From assembly GCA_963666285.1 (NCBI GenBank), contig OY762711.1: 64,000 nucleotides of DNA; one strand, 5' to 3'. The position numbers and the translations under genes are program-made. Below, in pieces: positions 60,596-64,000 of the stretch. This stretch comes from Sedimentisphaerales bacterium (GTDB lineage: Bacteria; Planctomycetota; Phycisphaerae; Sedimentisphaerales; SM23-30). Positions within the stretch are counted from its first letter, which is position 1; every line of letters begins with the position of its first letter. A model generated the notes under the pieces. The model was not told the origin of the DNA and did not search any database. It worked only from the letters and a program-made list of their open reading frames with translations.

Positions 60596-61885
60596 TTATT
60601 TTGGAATGCATACGACTTTGGAAAAACAAAATTCTTGAAACCCAATGTTTCCGTATTCTTTCGAATTCCCTGAATATTTAAGTCCACCAAATGGAATACT
60701 AGGATTCCAATGATTCGTATTGTTGATCTCAATTGTGCCAGCATTTAGTTTAGATGCAATATTAAGCGCAGTATTCTTATCATTTGTAAATATATTTGCC
60801 CCTAAATCAAATTTGACTGAATTTGCAAGCCTAACCGCCTCATCATCACTTTTGAATGTAATGATTGGTAAAATTGGACCAAACACTTCTTCGTTCCATA
60901 CTTTCATTTGTTCATTAACATTAGATAAAAGCGTAGGTTGAAAAAATAATGGATTACTGTAATCTGTATTGTTCTTATGTTCAATTGCTCCATTATTTAT
61001 TGCATCTTTATACTGCTCACAAATCTTTTTGAAAAAAATATCGTTAATCAACGGCCCAAGTTCTGAAAAGTTATCATTTGGGTCACCAATCTTCTTTTTA
61101 CCAATACAGAATAACATTTTTTCAACAAATTCGTCAATTTTATCTTCATGAATAATTACTCGTTTTATTGCATCACAATACTGACCGTTATTAAAGAATC
61201 TCTCAAAATATATTTTGTCAATAATGCCATCAATGTCTGCATCATTAAAAATAATTGCAGGATTCGATCCACCTAGTTCAAGGTTTGGAATAATGTTTTT
61301 TGGAAGTAAATCCTGTGAAATTACCTTACCAGTCTCTCTACTGCCTGTAAACCAAACACCGTCAATATCTTGGCTAATCATTTTTTCTCCAAGAGTTTTA
61401 TCTCCTTGAAATAATTTCAAATAATCAGCTAAATCAGTTTGAGATAATAATTCATTCATTATTTTTGAAAAATTTTTGCTATACTCTGAGAATTTAACTA
61501 CAACCGTGTTACCAACAAGTAAATTTGGGATTACTCCTGATATAAATATTCCAAATGGAAAGTTCCAAGGAAGAATGACAGCATATAGACCCTTTGCTTG
61601 ATATTAGATTTTTGATATTTGCTTTTTATTTTCAAATAATATTTTATCAGCAATTGACTTTTCTACGTTATTTAAGTACCAATCAAATACTTCTAAATTG
61701 AAATCAATTTCAGCCATAGATTGACCAATAGGTTTATTTGTATCAACCGTTATCGAGTTTGCAATAATATTTTTGTTGCTACAAATCAATTCAAATAGTT
61801 CCTTTATAATATCTATTCTATATTCCAAACCGTTTTCAGACCATGCGATTTGAGTATCCTTTAAATGTTTAATAGTTTGTTCCAT
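60596..61885 (-). pseudogene. Aldehyde dehydrogenase interrupted by one in-frame TAA (61604-61606)
   Basis: Reads ...QISKI*YQAKGLYAVILPWNFP...GNTVVVKFSE in frame into FTGS, LELGG, NGQYC, EEVFGP, PFGG.K.SG. Confidence 0.85.
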
Positions 61886-61887
61886 TG

Positions 61888-62559
61888 TTATAACATAAAT
61901 TTAGTTCTTTCGTATGACTTGTATAGTACAGCAATCCCTTTTTTGTCTTTGAGATAAATAGGGTATTTTTCAAAATCGAATCCATTAATATTCGCTTTAA
62001 CACAATCACTAAATATCAATGAATAATTATCTGAATCTTGATGTTTTAAAGCCATATAGCTTGAAATTAATTCTGAATGGAAATTTGCTGATATATCAGA
62101 TACTAATCGATTGCTAAATGAAGTATATTTAGGACTAAATATATAATCTTTATTATTGACCTTAATAATTAGATAATTGTGGGGAACGTATCCTAATTGG
62201 GCATATTTCTCGCCAGCAGGAGTTTGCTCAATTATATTTTTTTTATATTTTTCTTCAATTATCCCATAACCCCTAAGCATTTCAATGTTTTTACATCCTT
62301 TAGATATAAGAGCGATTGCTGTTGCGACTGAATATTGATCGCAACCTGAATAGAACCGCTCGTCAAACACTTCTTCATACAACCTTTTTACAAGATCTTT
62401 TTTGTGTATTGCAATCAGAATACTAACAATAGTTTCATCAACAAAATCTGGGTTGTAAGTAATTTCCGAAAATTCTTCCAACCATTTGTTATAGGCTTCA
62501 TTGTCTTTGATATTTTCATTCATATAGAATTTTGATTCATGTTCATTCATGTTTTCCAT
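61888..62559 (-). CDS. Hypothetical protein, possible transglutaminase/papain-like fold
   Basis: GCDQYS...helix...PHNYLII pattern (Cys...His); overlaps the upstream ORF. Confidence 0.5.
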   Translation of the reverse strand: MENMNEHESKFYMNENIKDNEAYNKWLEEFSEITYNPDFVDETIVSILIAIHKKDLVKRLYEEVFDERFYSGCDQYSVATAIALISKGCKNIEMLRGYGIIEEKYKKNIIEQTPAGEKYAQLGYVPHNYLIIKVNNKDYIFSPKYTSFSNRLVSDISANFHSELISSYMALKHQDSDNYSLIFSDCVKANINGFDFEKYPIYLKDKKGIAVLYKSYERTKFML

Positions 62560-62953
62560 TTTTCTTCTCGTAGTCCTCTATTAACCAGACACTCGTTTTA
62601 TTCTCACTAATCATATTATCAATAATATTATTAATATTATGATTAGATAAATCATCAAAGGATGATTTGGTATAATCTATGCCACATAGCAATTGGTCTA
62701 TTGACAATATAAACTTTTGCATACCTGTAGATTTAAGCCCTCCATTATCAATAATAATCACATTTATATTTATTCCTTTTGAGACCGCTTCTTTAAGTGC
62801 TAAGATCGCAGAATGCCGTAATCCTCCATCGCCTAAAATTGCAAAAACATTATTTTGACCAGATAACCTTGAACCAAATGCACTAGCTATTGAACCGCCA
62901 AGACACAGAATTGAATAATAACATATGTAATTCCTCTCTTCCTCAAAGAAGGA
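62543..62953 (-). pseudogene. 5'-truncated thiamine-diphosphate-binding domain
   Basis: Frame is open upstream of the listed GTG back to the stop at 62954-62956: LCLGGSIASAFG...FAILGDGG...VIIIDNGG..STG.Q (GDG-x-N motif); no ATG upstream of the motif. Confidence 0.7.
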
Positions 62954-62986
62954 TTAGATGTGCGTTTAAGTCTTCGGGAGATTCAT

Positions 62987-63511
62987 TCAAGAATTATTCA
63001 TTAGATACTTTTGACAGTATTTATGACAACCTTCAATTTCTAGATTTACCTTGCAAAAATGAGCTACATCTTTACACGCAGAGAAATATCCAAGATTAAT
63101 GATGTCAGATTTTATTTCATTATCATAGGCATCGAAAACATCTTTGGTCAAGGTATTTGTAAAAAAGAACACATCAGTATCATTTAATGTAGTATTTAAT
63201 GATAAGTTTAATGATGGATAATAGTCATCGCAGTATTTTTTACAATTTGGTGTAAACGGATATTTTTTGCAATGATTAATAATCTCTGAACATGTTGAAA
63301 AATATTCATTTGTTATTTTATTTACTTGTTCAGCTAAAGGTAAATCATCAAAATTCGATTGAATATAGAATTCTGTTCCCGCTGAATCACTGGTAATTAC
63401 ACTTTCAGTTGAGAAAATCCTTATCCTAAATAAAACAATTATCAACAATAAGGTAAAAATACATATCCCTATACTCAATGCAGGATGTAGCTCTGTATTT
63501 CCCGTTGCCAT
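62987..63511 (-). CDS. Membrane-anchored hypothetical protein with two Cys-rich repeats
   Basis: N-terminal transmembrane helix; YFS.C.....HC/FC......C.KYC twice; TTTATAAA 23-30 bp upstream of the ATG. Confidence 0.6.
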   Translation of the reverse strand: MATGNTELHPALSIGICIFTLLLIIVLFRIRIFSTESVITSDSAGTEFYIQSNFDDLPLAEQVNKITNEYFSTCSEIINHCKKYPFTPNCKKYCDDYYPSLNLSLNTTLNDTDVFFFTNTLTKDVFDAYDNEIKSDIINLGYFSACKDVAHFCKVNLEIEGCHKYCQKYLMNNS

Positions 63512-63619
63512 TTTATTAACTTATTATCATTTCTTTATAAACATTTTTATCGAAAGATTATAAAAATAAGTAGTAATGTTTATAAAGTTAGAATTCACAA
63601 TTAAAATCTATGGGGGAAA

Positions 63620-64000
63620 ATGATGAAAAATAGTTTAGCTGTTATATTAACATTTCTTTTTGTGCTTACATCTTGTTTAAGCGGTTGTACTTCACACGAA
63701 TTAAACACAGAAAAGCCTTATTCTGAAGTTACAAACTTAGAGGCAACTGAACAAGAAAAAATAATTGTTGATGCTGAGTCTAGCGAAAAAAAGATAGAAT
63801 CACAAGCCCCAACTTATATTGGTAATTTTAGAGTGCAAGACAACGATAGAGAATTAGAAATAATATTTAGTCTTTATGATCCTTCTAAAGCATACATGTC
63901 CTCAAATGGTTATGTATCCATAAGGATAGAATCAAATAATGGAAAGACTTTGTATTTAGATAATCATCGTGTTCTTGAATCTGACTTTTCAACATTTACC
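63620..64000 (+). CDS. Lipoprotein, 3'-partial (not in ORF track)
   Basis: MMKNSLAVILTFLFVLTSCLSGCTS lipobox; frame open to the window end; GGGGG RBS-like sequence and TTTATAAA upstream. Confidence 0.7.
   Translation, partial: MMKNSLAVILTFLFVLTSCLSGCTSHELNTEKPYSEVTNLEATEQEKIIVDAESSEKKIESQAPTYIGNFRVQDNDRELEIIFSLYDPSKAYMSSNGYVSIRIESNNGKTLYLDNHRVLESDFSTFT

Noticed and set aside
61604..61606. Alternative genetic code or stop-codon reassignment
   Set aside because: TAA terminates neighbouring genes normally (e.g. 57800, 58640, 59462), so a single nonsense change or error is simpler.
507..63099. Numerous 60-190 aa antisense or nested ORFs in the track (e.g. 50561-51121, 6330-6761, 51756-52157)
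   Set aside because: They are shadow frames of well-supported genes and have no independent motifs.
1..64000. CRISPR array or cas genes; reverse transcriptase (DGR, retron, group II intron); rRNA
   Set aside because: No regularly spaced repeat-spacer series, no RT-type YxDD domain context and no rRNA-like sequence were seen by eye.

Overview
Accessory, mosaic window. Bases 1 to ~56.3 kb look like a Planctomycetota (Phycisphaerae-like) genome: ECF sigma/FecR pairs, PEP-CTERM proteins, LamG/Ig proteins with dockerin-like ends, a sulfatase and glycoside hydrolases. This taxonomic call is an inference from gene families only. The main structural signal is a ~266-bp non-coding junction that occurs twice, 28,730 bp apart (15398-17118, split by an IS256, and 44128-44393). 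Each copy has the 3' half of tRNA-Lys(CTT), a terminator hairpin and short direct-repeat arms spaced about one helical turn apart, so it resembles an attP site between tandemly integrated islands. Each junction sits next to an ECF-FecR-headed polysaccharide-utilisation cluster, and the 28.7-kb unit has no tyrosine or serine integrase of its own. Other cargo includes a frameshifted, secreted eukaryote-type protein-arginine deiminase, an AbiE toxin-antitoxin pair, a 1281-aa nuclease-like protein followed by two zinc-ribbon microproteins, and a wHTH-methyltransferase-HerA-like ATPase-HARE-HTH module. From ~56.5 kb the DNA becomes visibly AT-rich and carries archaeal-type TATA/leaderless promoters. 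This part holds an atypical tyrosine recombinase beside a tRNA-3'-end-like fragment, a Janus/Ocnus (PHPT1)-like gene and a decaying TPP-enzyme/aldehyde dehydrogenase cluster, and it is either an inter-domain insertion or an assembly chimera. No CRISPR array, rRNA or intact tRNA was seen. All calls come from motif recognition by eye; no database searches were run.
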